Assembly (NCBI GenBank): GCA_965203295.1
Contig: CBDBCZ010000018.1
Location: 960,001 to 1,024,000, forward strand
DNA length: 64,000 bases
Origin: Nitrospirales bacterium
GTDB taxonomy: Bacteria > Nitrospirota > Nitrospiria > Nitrospirales > UBA8639
Reading direction: 5' to 3'
Position numbers and translations under genes: made by a program. This document shows positions 1 to 13,020 of the stretch, in pieces. How positions within the stretch are numbered: the first letter of the stretch is position 1; each line of letters opens with the position of its first letter. The notes beneath the pieces were generated by a model, which searched no databases, had not been told where the DNA came from, and saw nothing but the letters and a program-made list of their open reading frames with translations.

Positions 1-75
1 CCATGGGTTAGACTACTCTGGTTCTCATCCCTTCATACATTTTTAGTGTAACAACATGCAGATTACACAACTCAC

Positions 76-3000
76 AGTCATTGTCCTGGATAATTACAGT
101 AGCTGTATCAGGAGAAATGACCACCATATTATCTGGGGAGTCCAGGGGACTACGAACTAGGTTTAGTGTGAAAGTTTCTGAGGGATCCTCCAAGAAAACA
201 TCATTAATGATCCCTATATTCACCAAGGCTGTCAGGTTGTTCTGATCCAAAACTAGTTCTGTTGTCAGTGGTGTAAAGTCAGTGGTAGCTGTAAACAGAG
301 AAACAGACTGTCAAGAAGTTTATCTGGGCAGTTTATAGAGAACAAAAATTTAGTTTCAGTCTTAGTTAGCCAACAAAAATGAACAGGGTTAGTAAAGTAT
401 TAGTTAACCATTTCTAATATAAATGGTCCGATTGAATTGTAATAAAAAAAGTAGTCCCTCTGAAGTTTTAGTTTTAGTTTACTAAATTCTTTTTTACTTC
501 TAAACCCGCTTTTAATTATTTCAATTAATTAAAGCAACACTAGTCATAGCTCACCGTTATATATGTACATACTTTATGTAATAGCTATAATATATGCTCA
601 CCTGTTGCTGTGTCAGTTTGAAGAACTACAGTTGAGAGGATAACACGGATTTGTCTCTGAATAATATTATCACCATCCAGTACGGCCACGGTGACTGTTA
701 CAAAGGCAGCTGATTCCATCACTGTGTATTCTGCCTCATCAAATCCAATTATGACAACTTTAGAAAGATAATAATAATTTAATATTGTTTCAATAGTAAC
801 TACTTCTCATGTTAAATGTAGCAACACTCAAATAGGCAGCTGTATGCAGTCTGTTTTCATTATTCTAGGTGCAGTAACCCCCCAAATCATAAGATGTTAG
901 TAGAAAACAAAACAACTTTTGCTGTAAATCATTAACCTTGTCATCAGCAGCACCATTCGCATGAACAATAACATTTTGATGAAGAGGAGGGGATGGGCTT
1001 ATATAATTATCATATGAGATTACAGTAGTTGTGCTAAGCTGCATGTAAGTGATTGGATGTACTAAGCTTAAGCAAACTTACGTCTATTTAACAAGAGAAA
1101 CCCATAAACATGAAACATCTTGATAAACGTTTTCTGAGCTGTACCTTCATACTGGCAAACATGGCAAAGGGTGCTGTGCAGCATATTATGTCTTAGAAAT
1201 TCCTAACAATCATGGAAATCCTAACCAAATGGCAATGCTTTTTGTGTATCACATATTATTGATGTAGCTTCACTGTAGAAACTGAAAGTAGGATTCCTTT
1301 CTGATCGTCTCACAAGGATAAAGTTAGCAATGTGATTTTAAGCCATTGCTCTACATCTTGTTCTACCAAGTGTAGGGGGGGAGGGCATGCAGTTAGGAAT
1401 TGCTCACAATGACTATCCGTTATTTCCACAACAGTCAGATCTGGCACCAGGAAAAAGTATGGAGGTAGTCCAAATGGATGTGTGAAAGGATCTGGAACTA
1501 CCTGCACCGTAAAAGTCTCAGTTTCCTCTAACAGATTATCATTATTGATAACCACTTCAATGCAAGATCTATTGTTGATAGAAGTAATGTCATCAAAGAA
1601 TAGATCACCATTGCCCTCCGACAGTCGGTCATAATCCCCAGGATCTATATGTTACAAAACCGCATTTTTAAAAAAAATAGAGGATATATGGTGGCAAATA
1701 ACCAACCTGCAGCAGTGCCCCTGATGGTAATTGCAGCAAGGGTGATACTGATGTCACGTGGAAATGTATTGCCTGTGACATTCAGAGTACGAACACAGAT
1801 TTCAAGAATGCCACGCCTCTCATTCACCGAAGTAAATAGTTCCTCCCATCCAATCGTCACAGTTACTGCATAAAAAATTCACAACTGTGTACAACTGAAC
1901 TATTCTTATGGAAATAAGCTACATGTACATTTCACATGAAACTGTTTTCTGCTTGCTGCTTTTGCCTATTCTTTAGGACCTATTGTCTGTTCTGTTGTAC
2001 ACTTGGGTTATTGGATTGATAGTCGTTCACAACAACTACATTAATGCATGCTTTTTGACTTTAACCTGCTGACTATGTTGGAAATCCTTCACCTACAGCA
2101 AACCAACTAACCATCATCATCAACAATACAAATCTGTGTAGTAGCAAAGAGAGTACTGCCATCAGGAAGTGGGCCACCGAGATTGATATTCAACCCTGAT
2201 TCTTCTGCTGACAGTTCAACTTGAAACACCTCAAGTAGTTCAGGTTTGCTATCATCAAGTAGTTCAAAGACATAGGGTACACTTTGCTGATCCGGTCGAA
2301 ACACGCGGTCCTGAGTCTCTGCGGCAATTATATCTCTGTTGGTAAAAGATTCCCCTTGATCAGTATTTGCAGCGCTTGAATCACTTCTTCTAACTGTGCT
2401 GATCCTTATAAAAAATGTTAACTCAGACAGCTGATTGTTCCCTTTTATGACTGGGATTTGAGTAAAAGTAGCAAAAGATTCAAAAAATGTGTAGCTGCTC
2501 TGTTCAAATCCAATTATGAGCACTGTTTAAAAGAAGAAAACAATGATTGAAACAGCAATTATATCTATAGCTTCATACCCAACTGCACCAACTTCTTTCA
2601 CTTACAGGAAGAAAGCCTGTGCAGAGGGATTTACGACCACATGATGGCAATAATAAAAATGTACTCATGTCGCTGCTGTAGCGCTTACGCCATCGACCAC
2701 ACACCCACATACCCAGGCAGAGCTTGAAAGATCTCCAGTCAGAGAACAGAAGCAGGTGTCTCACCAGCACCATCCTGATCATCATAATTATAACTTCTTC
2801 CGAGTATCCCAGATTAATAATGCTCTTAACTAGTCTTAATAAAGCCTTAAAATCATATCTCTCCTAATTCTCACACCCTAAAACAAAGCCCGTTCTCTTA
2901 AAATTATTGAGTGCACTGAACTCTTCAAATCTTCCACCGAACAGATTGTCTAAGTCTTTCATGAAAGTATTTCTAATAGTATCATACACAGGACACTCCC

Positions 3001-6000
3001 AGAGCACATGTTCTACACTCTGACATTCTTCCCCACATAACTTACACTGCCTATCACAATTTTTACCTCGATGTCTTCCTAACTTTTCATTCAGACCATT
3101 TATATAGTACCAGACCTAAACTTAAACATCGATCGTGTTCCTGAATCCCTGACCCCCTGCAAGTAATTTTATTTCCTTAAAAAAGACCTGTAAAGACTCA
3201 GTTTAACTTTACTATGCACTTTCACAAAAACAAAGGAAACAAGCAATAACTTGCACTGCAATGGGTTCGCAGACTACCTACACAACACAGCCCAATGCAT
3301 TACAAGGGAGCTAGCTCCGTAAACGCACTGCGCTGTGATTTGTAGCTAGCTCCCTTGTAATGCATCGGGCTGTGTGTGTAGGTAGTGTGTGAACCCATTG
3401 CGGTGCAATTTATTGCTTGCTTCCTTTGTTTTTGTGGAAGTGCATTCCTACATGAATGCTTTTTGCATTTTTTGGTAAACTACTTTTCTTTAGTTTGTTA
3501 TGGGTGTTTTTTTAGGGGGAGGGGGTGTAACAGTAAAGTCTGGCTCAAAAGGACACAGTTTAATCAACAGCACCTCTGCCCAGAAACTGTTCAAACTTGT
3601 GCCAACCAACTATAATCGGCCATATGAGTAAGTGTATACAAATTTAGAGCTACAATTCGTGTAACTTACGCAGTGATCAACCAGGCGACACAACCCAATA
3701 GCACAGGCCCAAGCAGCCCTTTGAACTTAGAACAATGGCGTGTGAATGGCAAGCGTCTGTTTGAGAATGCTCGTTATCACTGCTGAACTAATTCCAGTTC
3801 TTTGAAAACGCTATTCCCGAAAGGCATTACCCGAGTGTCAATCATGCCCGTTCGTGTTGGAATCTTCTAATCGCTTCACCCATTATTGTGCTAGCCTGGC
3901 TGAAAGAAGAATAAGATGAAGATGAACAAGATAGACCATTCCACAGTTTTAACCACTTGCTGCTTTGGTACTTCAGAGATGTTCTTTAGCAGTGCTAACA
4001 GTCCGGTTAGTAATGACAACACTTGAGAATAACTGGCCCATGGTAGGGCTCACATTACCCTAGACTACACCTACAGCAGAGTTCTGACCATGTCATTTTT
4101 ACACAGGTAATGGAGACACCTTTTTTTTGGTGCCATCCCTACATGTGGAGTACTGTACTCTCGTGGCCTGATGGAAATTCCGTCATATATAACACGTTTT
4201 GGTCTTAGATAAAACTGAAAAATTTCTCCTCCTAGGGAGGGGAAATTTCGTGCTGGTAGTGACTCAATAATTCCCTCCCCTGATGAGGAATTTTTCATTT
4301 TGTACAGTTTTATCTAAGACCACTATCATGCGGTCAGGTGGTATAAAAATAAACAAAGCAAGCAGGGGTATATCTTACGTTAGCACCTTTGTACACCCTG
4401 CTTACTGTCCCTTCCTTATGCTACTTGCATCATGTAGTTTGTCTGTCTGGTGTAGTACTTTCTCTGTAAATACCTTGTTGATCCAAGCTTGTATATATAC
4501 TAGTACTGCATGTGGCCATATTATAGGTAAAGAAACCGTCGCTTCACCTTTGCTTTGCTTTGCTAATCTTTCAACAGTGGTTGTTGTAACTTTCTTCGAC
4601 AACTGTGAGCCAGAATGCCGAAATCCACTACACTGATCACTATCTTACATTTATTCCCATGACCACCTTCATCAATCTCGGTTCCCAGCTTCAGGCTAGC
4701 TTTGGGCTTTTTGTGGTATAGTAGGCTTATTTCCTGTGTATGTTTCGGTTTGACTTAGGTTGTTTATTTGCCTTAGCTACTTTATTGTTGTATCATCTAT
4801 TGAGTATTTCATTCTTCCACCTCTTATTTCATTATTTGATTGTGTCGTATGTCCAGCTGCCTGTTTCCTCTGACTTCATGCACACCTCTATTCATGATCA
4901 GTCTATTCACATGTCTTCTTTATTGCCTTATCTCTGCTGACATGTACTGCTGACATGTACCTTCTAGATCCTTCTCTGACCCTTTTTGTATAGAAGGCTT
5001 GCATTTCTGCTGTATATTTCAGTTAAGTTTTTAGTAATAATGAATTGAATATCGAAGCGCATTTGTATCGCTACAATACTACACTTTCTTCCTGTTAGAT
5101 TAAAAAAAAGCTGGGAATTAAGGCTGGAAATTATACTTAGTCTAGCAAAGTAACTAGACTGTATACATCTACTTTCCATTACAAATGGACAAGAGCATGC
5201 AACAGTATAATTAGGTAACCCTTCTATCTCAAAGCATTAGATATAATTCTTAATTAACTGCATGACATGATAGTATACCACTCCTCTCGTCCTGATACTG
5301 CTCTAAACTTCTATCCATATCCTCATAACTCGAACAGTTCCCCACTCCCACACTTACCATCATCATCAATGATTCTTCCCAGAGTGGCAAACCGTCTACT
5401 TTCTAAATCAACCCTAGCTGGATCCACTGCATCAGCCACAACTAGAATTATGACAAATATTTGTTCCGCCTCATTGATATCATCATCTACTATTCCCATA
5501 TCGATTGTCTGAACAGCTGTATTTCCAGCTGGGAATGTGATTGGAATTCCAGTATTGTTGAAGTCTTGAATACCTTATGAAACAAGAGTTAATTATTAAT
5601 ATTGCATATGTACATGCTTCTTACATTGATATAGTTTTACTCACTTGTAGCAATGATTGGTCGTCTGGGATCGTAATTTGGAACAACAGGAATTACATCA
5701 AGGACGGGTGATTGTGAATTATTTACAGAAGCATAGTCCACTGGAGTAGCTACAACAGTTAGGTCAGTGGCTATGTTAGTAAGCAGCTGCACTAATGGGT
5801 GTATAATCCTCATTCCTTCGACAATTGAGAAGACTGAATCAGTAAACTGGAGAACAGCCACTGGAGATGAGAGTATGAAGAACATGTAATATAAATAATG
5901 TATGTGTGAAATTGGTCGCGCAATGCGAGGGGGCCAATAGCACCTACGTATGTATCGCACACTTGGCTTGGCGGTAATGCAAACACCGGTTACACACTGT

Positions 6001-9000
6001 TACAAAGTTAACCGGTTAGTATTAGATAAACCACGCCACCCAGGGCTGTATGGGTTTTAGAGTACACGAGGGCAATAACAATTAGAGCACGAGGGCGAAG
6101 CCCGAGGGCTCTAATTGTTATTGCACGAGTGTACTCTATTGCACGAGTGTACTCTAAAACCCATACAGCCTGCAGGTGGCGTGGTTTAACTGATTTGTAG
6201 CCCAATGGCTTCTGTCAGCTTGAGGTAGTACAACACTGAGCGTGTGCAAGTTGTAATCAGCTGTCACTGTTATGTAATCAGCTGTCAGTGTTATGTAATC
6301 AGCTGTCAGTGTTATGTAATCAGTGCGCGTGCAGTGAGTAAGTCCTAGACCACAGGGCAATATATATATATTGCCCCAACCGCAGGGCAATATATATATA
6401 TTGCCCCAACCGCAGGGCACTATGAGCGTACTCAAGGCTCTACGGCATATATTGCCCTGTCGGTACCTTTGTTCCACCCACGCAAAGGGCTACAAATAAA
6501 CATAAGACCACAAGACAGAGTAGTCCTTCCATGCAGTGGCGCATGCTGGCCCAGTGCCAAATTTAGTGAGAGCCCATCAATCACATGCCAGCCTCAGTTT
6601 TCCAGGCACTGCTAGGAATCATAGCTAGCAACTTTGATTCACACTCATTTTTCACACTAAAGAATGCCTTGCAAGTAATCACAAGTGGTAAAATAGTGGA
6701 TGGATAGTCAGAGAAGCAAAAGCTTGCATACCCCTTATATTCTCACATCCTGTTACAATGTGGTGGATCACAGAATGTTAAGCTACTGAGTCAGAAACAC
6801 TCTAACTACACTTGGTAACCCCTTGGTAACCCCTGGTATCTGGTATTCTGACATGTAAGATGCTCCAAATAAAGGGTATAACCATACCGAGTCAGGGAAC
6901 TCCTTTTAATGGATTTTGGAACTCTTATATAACTAGAGAAGCTGTAAATGCACTGAGCAGCTATGTGGATTATTGGGCCAAATCAAAGTTACAGCAAACA
7001 CAAGGTTAGTAAGGCCTTGAAATGGTAGATTTGAGGCTATCACAAACTTGACACCTCAGCTTGTACGCATTATAAATAATAAATTTTATGCTCTCAAAAA
7101 TAGCTTTTAATTACATGTGCTCTCTATGGACAATGGATGCTTCATACCAAAACTGCAACATTAGATGATGCATATTGTTAATAGTACGTTAACATACCTT
7201 CTCTGTCTTCAATCACAACTCGAATTGTTGGAATTGCAAACGTATTGGGGGCTGCAGCATTCAGTGCAGCACGTGCAGCAGCATTGGCACCCGTCAGAGT
7301 CAGTGTGAAATCTTCAGGTCGCTCCAATGCTATTCTGTCAACTCGAATGAGGGTCTGAATGCTGGCTGGTACAGTAGCATCATCTATTGTAACACTCCTA
7401 GAACCAGATGGAACTATGAAGTCAGAGTTGGCACCCTCCCCTGCAATGGATAGAGGTTGGAGCATTTAGCTACTGCATCCATCATATACATGTCATGTCA
7501 TGTCATTGTAGATTTCACAGTAGTTTGTGTAGTCTGAAAATGCTAATTAAGAAAAGAAGGAAAGTGGCTGCCATGGGAGCCAAACAGACTATATAGTGAA
7601 ACCATGTAGAGGTAGGCAGAGGAAGACTTGGAAGAGAGTAATTATTTCCACTGCCTACCTCAGTGGCGTAGGAAGCGTAGCGGCCGTAGCGGCCATGGCC
7701 GCTACACTTTTTTGGCCAAAAAAAAAAAAAAAAATCAATCGCTGCTGAACGTCTACGACAGCGGAAACCGCGCCTACATCAATAAACTATGGATTATTGC
7801 GCATGCGCTCTAGATGCGCGCGTAGTCTCGCGAAGTTAAGTTGTACGAAGCTAATGTGCTCGATCGTGATTCGCGACCGTCTTAGTGTAATCGTTCGGCG
7901 AGGTGCTACTTTGAGTTGTCGCTGTCTGGAACGTGAAGTGAGCCCTGTAGCTAGTCCTTTATTATATTGCTAGCAGCTAGGCCTATTTATTATAACCAGC
8001 TACAATGAGTGGCCCTAGTTTAGCTGCAGATCTAGGTAGCTATATTGGCTCAAAGTTGCTCAGAAACCACCTCAGAAGCGCTATAAATTCAAAATTTTCC
8101 TGGGGGGGGGCATGCCCCCAGACCCCCCTAGTAGGTGCGTGCTTTGCACACACATTTTATATTGATACTTGGATGTCTGCTACCAATGGCCTCTCCACTT
8201 CTTATTTGCTTCCTACACCACTGTACCTCTATGTGTTTTCACTGCCCACACATTATCCCACCATTTAGGTGCACTCTTAGCTATCCTCCTACCTCTTAAG
8301 GATTAGAGCTCTAACCCAAAACCCTCCTCATACTGCTTCATTGCACATTTTAAAAGAGCAACCAAATACCTTAATAGCAACTTTAATCTCTGATCCACAT
8401 CCTTTCTTCATAGTGAAAAACCAAGGGTTCTGCAAATTCCTGTAGTGCATGAGCTTCTTTCTGCAGTATCATACACACACAACAAAACTTGATACACTAT
8501 TAATAGCTGTTTATACATGTACATGCGAATGGTGGACAGACATAATTAGTATAATATCTGTTGCTACTTCCGGAATCATTGTGCGTTGTTGCATTAGCCA
8601 GCTCAATCAGTCTTGTATACATCCAAGCTGAATGGCCATGAGTTGTTGGATGACTGTGAAAATTACTCACTTGCTGTTCCTGGTGTTACTGTGACAGTGA
8701 AGCGTAATTGTCTTCTAGCATCCTGCTGCAAAAATTCTTCAAAAAGTGCTCCTTTAATAAACCCTGCTTCCAGTACATAAACATCACCACGCTCTTCAAT
8801 TGAAATGTCAGGCCCATCAAGCCATCCAAACACTGCCGTGACAGAGATATGCACGGCATGAGTGAGAGTGCCTCGTATAGTGTGCTAAATAGCAAGACAG
8901 GGTGGCAAACAGAGCAAGGTGCATACATCTATGCAAATTTAGATTCTGATTGAAATTTCTTCTTCTAGTTATGCAGACTGCAGTAGTCCAGGTAGTGACA

Positions 9001-11967
9001 CTTTTGCTATGAATGTAGGGAGGGTCTGGGGCTGAGACTACTTTAAAATTTAGCAGGCATCACTAAAATTAATTAGAACTACTTTGAGTTTAGAGATAAC
9101 ACAGGGACAGATTATTTAAAGTGCACCAGCTAGCAGGAAAACTGTAGCTATACGTGGGCAATCTGAATCATTCGGGGCAGAGATATGGGGGGGGGGGGGA
9201 GGGGGGATCTGTGTGGATTAATATTCTGCTTCTTCATGAAATCTAGAATCCAATGTGTATCATATTTGAAAGCTCTGCTTTTGAGCTGCACTAGTCATGT
9301 ATGTGCATTTGCTTCGTCTATGATCATGCACAGGGTTACATCCTCCCCCCCCCCCCTTATTGGCAGTTGTCTCCTCCTGTCATTAGATCATATTGCAAAG
9401 GGTCTGTAGTGAAGATGTGAAAGCTGCACCCACTTCCAGTCATCAATGTTTTGGTGGTAGTTTATCCGAATATATAGACAATTGTGTCCAATCATTCAAT
9501 ATAATGTACAAAACTTCTCACAACTACCCAAATTTCTACCACTGAGGACCATTATTTGGTTATCAGTATAAGAAGTGTGACACTAGCAATATAGTGACAC
9601 TAGCAGTATAGTGCATTAAATTTACATTACTGTGCATGCAGCCCTCAGAATTGTGAAAGAAGTAGCTAAAGCCATATCATGGAGTACGGTAGTACTCCAT
9701 ATGTAGGGATGGGCCTGCAAAAAAATGGCTTCCCCATTAAATGTGTACAAAATGACATGTTAAGAACTCTGCTGTAGGCAAAGTCTAGGGCTAATATGAG
9801 CCCTATCAGTTATTCTCGAGCGTTGTCATCATTAGCGAGACTGTTAACTCTGCTGAAGAATATCTCTAAAGTACCAAAGCGGCAAGTGGCTAAAACGGGC
9901 AGACGGTCTATCTTGTCGTTCTCGTTCTTTCAGACAGGATAGCACAATAATGGCTGAAGTGATTAGAAAGATTCCAACACGAACGGGCATGATTGACCCT
10001 CGGGTAGTGCCTTTTGGGTATAGCGCCTTCACTGAACTGGATTTAGTTCAGCAGTGATAACGAGCACTCTCGAGTGGACGCTTGCCACTCACACGCCATT
10101 TTACTGTAAGATGATACGCATGCGCAAATTGCCTGCCAGCACGTGTTCAGTGGTCTATTTAAAGCCTACCTTGGATCGAGTGGAAGTGTGGAGGTGCCTA
10201 AAATTCGTGTATTTGCTGATCTTCTTGGGTATTTTGCATGCAGTATGCCTAGTTCAACGACTCAGCCTATCAGCATGTTCAGAGAGCCTGTACACTTCCC
10301 ATTGATGACAAACTAATGGCAGATGTGTAGTAGCCAATGAAATCAGCAGCTCTGAATATGAAGGCAGTAAGGGCCAGCAGCCTGTGAAATGGCACTGTAG
10401 TAGTGAGTGCAACACAGTCACTGAAGCAGAAGTAGCTGCCATAGTTCACCTCAAGCAGGCATTTGAGGACACTTCTCACCCAATTCACCCCAACACAACT
10501 CTGCACTTTATACTGATGACCTCAACAACACCCAGTATCATTCTACTCGTGCCAATACGTTAACATACTTCCATACATCTGCAACACTATACATCACAAC
10601 ACTTCTTTATACACAATAAAACACCCCACATGTACATCCTTGTACACAAATACAAAACAATCCAAACTCAGAAATCTACTGGCCAACCCCACTCATAATA
10701 ACATCAACACTCCATAACACTCCAAATCCTTTCATGCCATCTCCCCAAAAAAACGCCCCAAAACAAGTTACAGAAAAAGCACTTCCCAAAAAGTGCAAAA
10801 ACCAGTCATGTAGGGGTGCACTTCCAGCAAAAAACACTTCCCCAAAAACCAACGAAACAAGCGACAATGCCCACCGGAAGGCGTGCACAGACTACCCACA
10901 CATCACAGCGCGATGCATTTACCGCGTACCTACCATCCCTACATCTTTCCAACCACACCCACCACAAGCCATACCACACACCTATACACAACACCCTTCA
11001 ACACACACCACCATCCACAATCATCACCATCCTCAACTGTTATACCACAACAACCACCCTCACATCCACATCCACATCCACAATGATTATATACTTCACA
11101 AAACACAACGCCCCATGCTACAGCCAACCCAAATCTCCACAGCAACACTACTCCCATCAAAACCCACTCTGCTCCGTAAATCACACTCACAAGCATAAAC
11201 CAACCAGAGACACAACACGCAACACTCCCAATATCAACGCAACAAACCTTCACACCAACACGAACAACACACCACATTCAACTCCACAACTCCCAATCTA
11301 GCTACACTTTACCAAACACTTGCACCCACATCGACCTCCCCTTTAAAGAACATCCACACACACCACAACACTCAACCATGCATTTCCAAACACTCCCAAA
11401 CCCCTATACAAACACCACCCTCAACCACTCCACTCACTTGTCCAACATCTACACAATCAACACTTTCACCTATCATGCGCCAACACATGCACTCACTCAG
11501 TAGCAGCACATATACACACAGACACTACCACTATTCCCATCTCACTAGACATCATTGGAGGGGTGTGGTTGGAAAGATGTAGGGATGGTAGGTACGCGGT
11601 AAATGCATCGCGCTGTGATGTGTGGGTAGTCTGTGCACGCCTTCCGGTGGGCATTGTCGCTTGTTTCGTTGGTTTTTGGGGAAGTGTTTTTTGCTGGAAG
11701 TGCACCCCTACATGACTGGTTTTTGCACTTTTTGGGAAGTGCTTTTTCTGTAACTTGTTTTTATTGTATAGCAATTGCACTGTAGCAACTTACCAATGCA
11801 GGCTTGACAGGATTGGTCCCCAGATGTCTGCCTGTAGAACTGCCCAGAAGAGAATTGTGTGCAGCATTCTTCAATGCTTCCGGCTATGAACCTAGCATCA
11901 GAGCTTCTACACCTTAATTCACCGGCAGTTGAAGGAGAAATGAAGCATTGGACTGGTTGTGTACTTA
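76..11967 (-). CDS. Paralogue A: 6-Cys module - Calx-beta x>=5, apparently intact, continues past window start
   Basis: Exons 11794-11967, 8671-8832, 7198-7440, 5645-5860, 5358-5573, 2112-2522, 1707-1865, 1408-1644, 602-757, 76-288. All phase 1-1 and open, with Calx-beta motifs (F..S.Y.V.E; GTA; DF; I.DD..E..E.F.V.L; ATV.I.DND). Confidence 0.85.
2650..3213 (-). mobile_element. 5'-truncated degenerate non-LTR retrotransposon (ORF2 C-terminus)
   Basis: Translates ...GTRSMFKFRSGT/NGLNEKLGRHRGKNCDRQCKLCGEECQSVEHVLWECPVYDTIRNTF..., a CCHC zinc knuckle with stops and frameshifts; absent at the homologous site in B and D. Confidence 0.75.
3214..4160 (-). mobile_element. Hairpin-ended fold-back element, copy 1 (reverse orientation)
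   Basis: GAGTAC-a-GTACTC hairpin plus ATGTAGGGATGG at ~4133-4160; body similar to 9700-10100; ends in an imperfect palindrome 3214-3445. Confidence 0.65.
4201..4321. mobile_element. Small MITE-like element
   Basis: Terminal inverted repeats GGTCTTAGATAAAACTG / CAGTTTTATCTAAGACC. Confidence 0.55.
6019..6495. mobile_element. Palindromic non-autonomous element with internal 21-bp and 30-bp tandem repeats
   Basis: Absent from D (accggtta^ataaacat). ~160-bp hairpin 6027-6190 capped by GGGCGAAGCCC; ATTTGTAGCCC / GGGCTACAAAT inverted pair. Confidence 0.65.
7661..8223. mobile_element. MITE with CAGTGG(C/T)GTAGGAAGC TIRs and 5-bp TSD TACCT
   Basis: TSD at 7656-7660 and 8224-8228; empty site ctgcctacctctatg in B. 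Confidence 0.8.
9677..11761 (+). mobile_element. Hairpin-ended fold-back element, copy 2 (~2.1 kb)
   Basis: Absent from D at aaagccata^tattgta. Starts TCATGGAGTACGGTAGTACTCC; ~200-bp inverted repeat 10760-10960 / 11561-11761 around an AC-rich spacer. Confidence 0.75.
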
Positions 11968-12841
11968 CTAAAAGGGAGAGAAGAATTCTGGTGATACTGC
12001 TGTGCTACAAACCTTAAAAAACCTTTCTCCTTGGCTCCTTATATGTTTTGCAGACAGTTCTTTGTAAATACCATACAAAGAACTAGTGGAAAGTTCACAC
12101 TGAATGAAAAGGACTGACATTACTCCACCCACTGACAGACAAACTGTAGCTACTGATTAAGATGTTCCTGAGTGAGCCTCACACTAGCGATGTCCAAGTC
12201 TGCCTCATTCACACAGTGAGTGTAGTCAGTAAATTAGCTGCTAACTCTAATAATGTACACAAGAGTCACCTTTTGTCACTAAGGCAGTGAGAAGGCAAGT
12301 TGCAAGCAAAGCCACTGCACCATGTAGCGACATCCTACCATCCAGCAATATTGCCTTATCAATAGCTAGTGTTCAATTACAAAAGTTAACGCCACAGAAA
12401 AGGCAAACTAAACTAAGTTAAACTTGCCGTTGATTGTTTATATTGAGACATGCTGTTTTGTACAAGAAATGAATTCCTTATTTGTGCACATGCATGCTGA
12501 TAATCGTGCAAGCGGGGGCATTGTTCAGCTTATGAACATTTACTCTACTCAATTGAATGCATGGAATACAATCACCTTATTTTATGGTCTGGGCAAGAAT
12601 CATATAGTCACGAACATGCATGGGCAAAGGTAAAATTCATACTTTATGTTTTTTTAGTATTTTACAATCAATGTAAGTATCCTCATTTCTAGGCTCCCCC
12701 ATGTACATTTGCAAAAAAAAGCAAAAAAAAAGAAAATGGAAGTTAGGAGAGAGACAATGCGAGTATCCTCGTTTCTAGGCAAAAAAAAAACAACAGAAAT
12801 TAGGAAAAAAAGAGTCTGGTAGATATTAAAATGTGTGCGGC

Positions 12842-13020
12842 CTGACATGACATTGGGTAGAGGTTGGACAATAACGAAAAGAACACTAGGACAGACCATG
12901 ATGTGTATTATCAGTCTCATCACTGTCAGTACTCCTCCACACTGCATTACACCATAGCAACACTTGTTGTAGCGATGTTGTGCTGTCGCCTGGAATTCTG
13001 AAGTCTTGGATTCCTTGTCA
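12842..13020 (-). other. Candidate hydrophobic leader exon of A (homologues 52613-52795 in D; split 40593-41305 in C)
   Basis: Encodes MRLIIHIMVCPSVLFVIVQPLPNVMS-G, conserved upstream of three units, but the predicted donor is G|gc.., not GT. Unresolved. Confidence 0.3.

Noticed and set aside
1649..1873. Plus-strand ORFs opposite Calx or Sushi exons (also 5267, 17318, 19847, 28692, 31161, 35695, 44093, 45024, 60611, 61489)
   Set aside because: Antisense shadows of the real minus-strand exons.
1..2110. A vs D near-identity as an assembly or haplotig duplication artefact
   Set aside because: The units differ by many substitutions, distinct TE insertions and a different Calx3 exon, which fits a real duplication; read depth should still be checked.
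6250..6420. Regularly spaced repeats as a possible CRISPR array (also 33597-33750 and 54826-54982)
   Set aside because: No unique spacers, no cas genes, eukaryotic intron context.
10734..11780. Overlapping His/Thr/Pro-rich and Val/Gly/Cys-rich ORFs of 60-160 aa (also 24211-25424)
   Set aside because: By-products of AC-rich strand bias and the inverted repeat in a mobile element; no domain or splice context.
12072..12152. Alternative candidate signal exon VCLSVGGVMSVLFIQCELSTSSLY-G|gtattt
   Set aside because: Weakly hydrophobic and not frame-conserved in B; cannot be called without transcripts.
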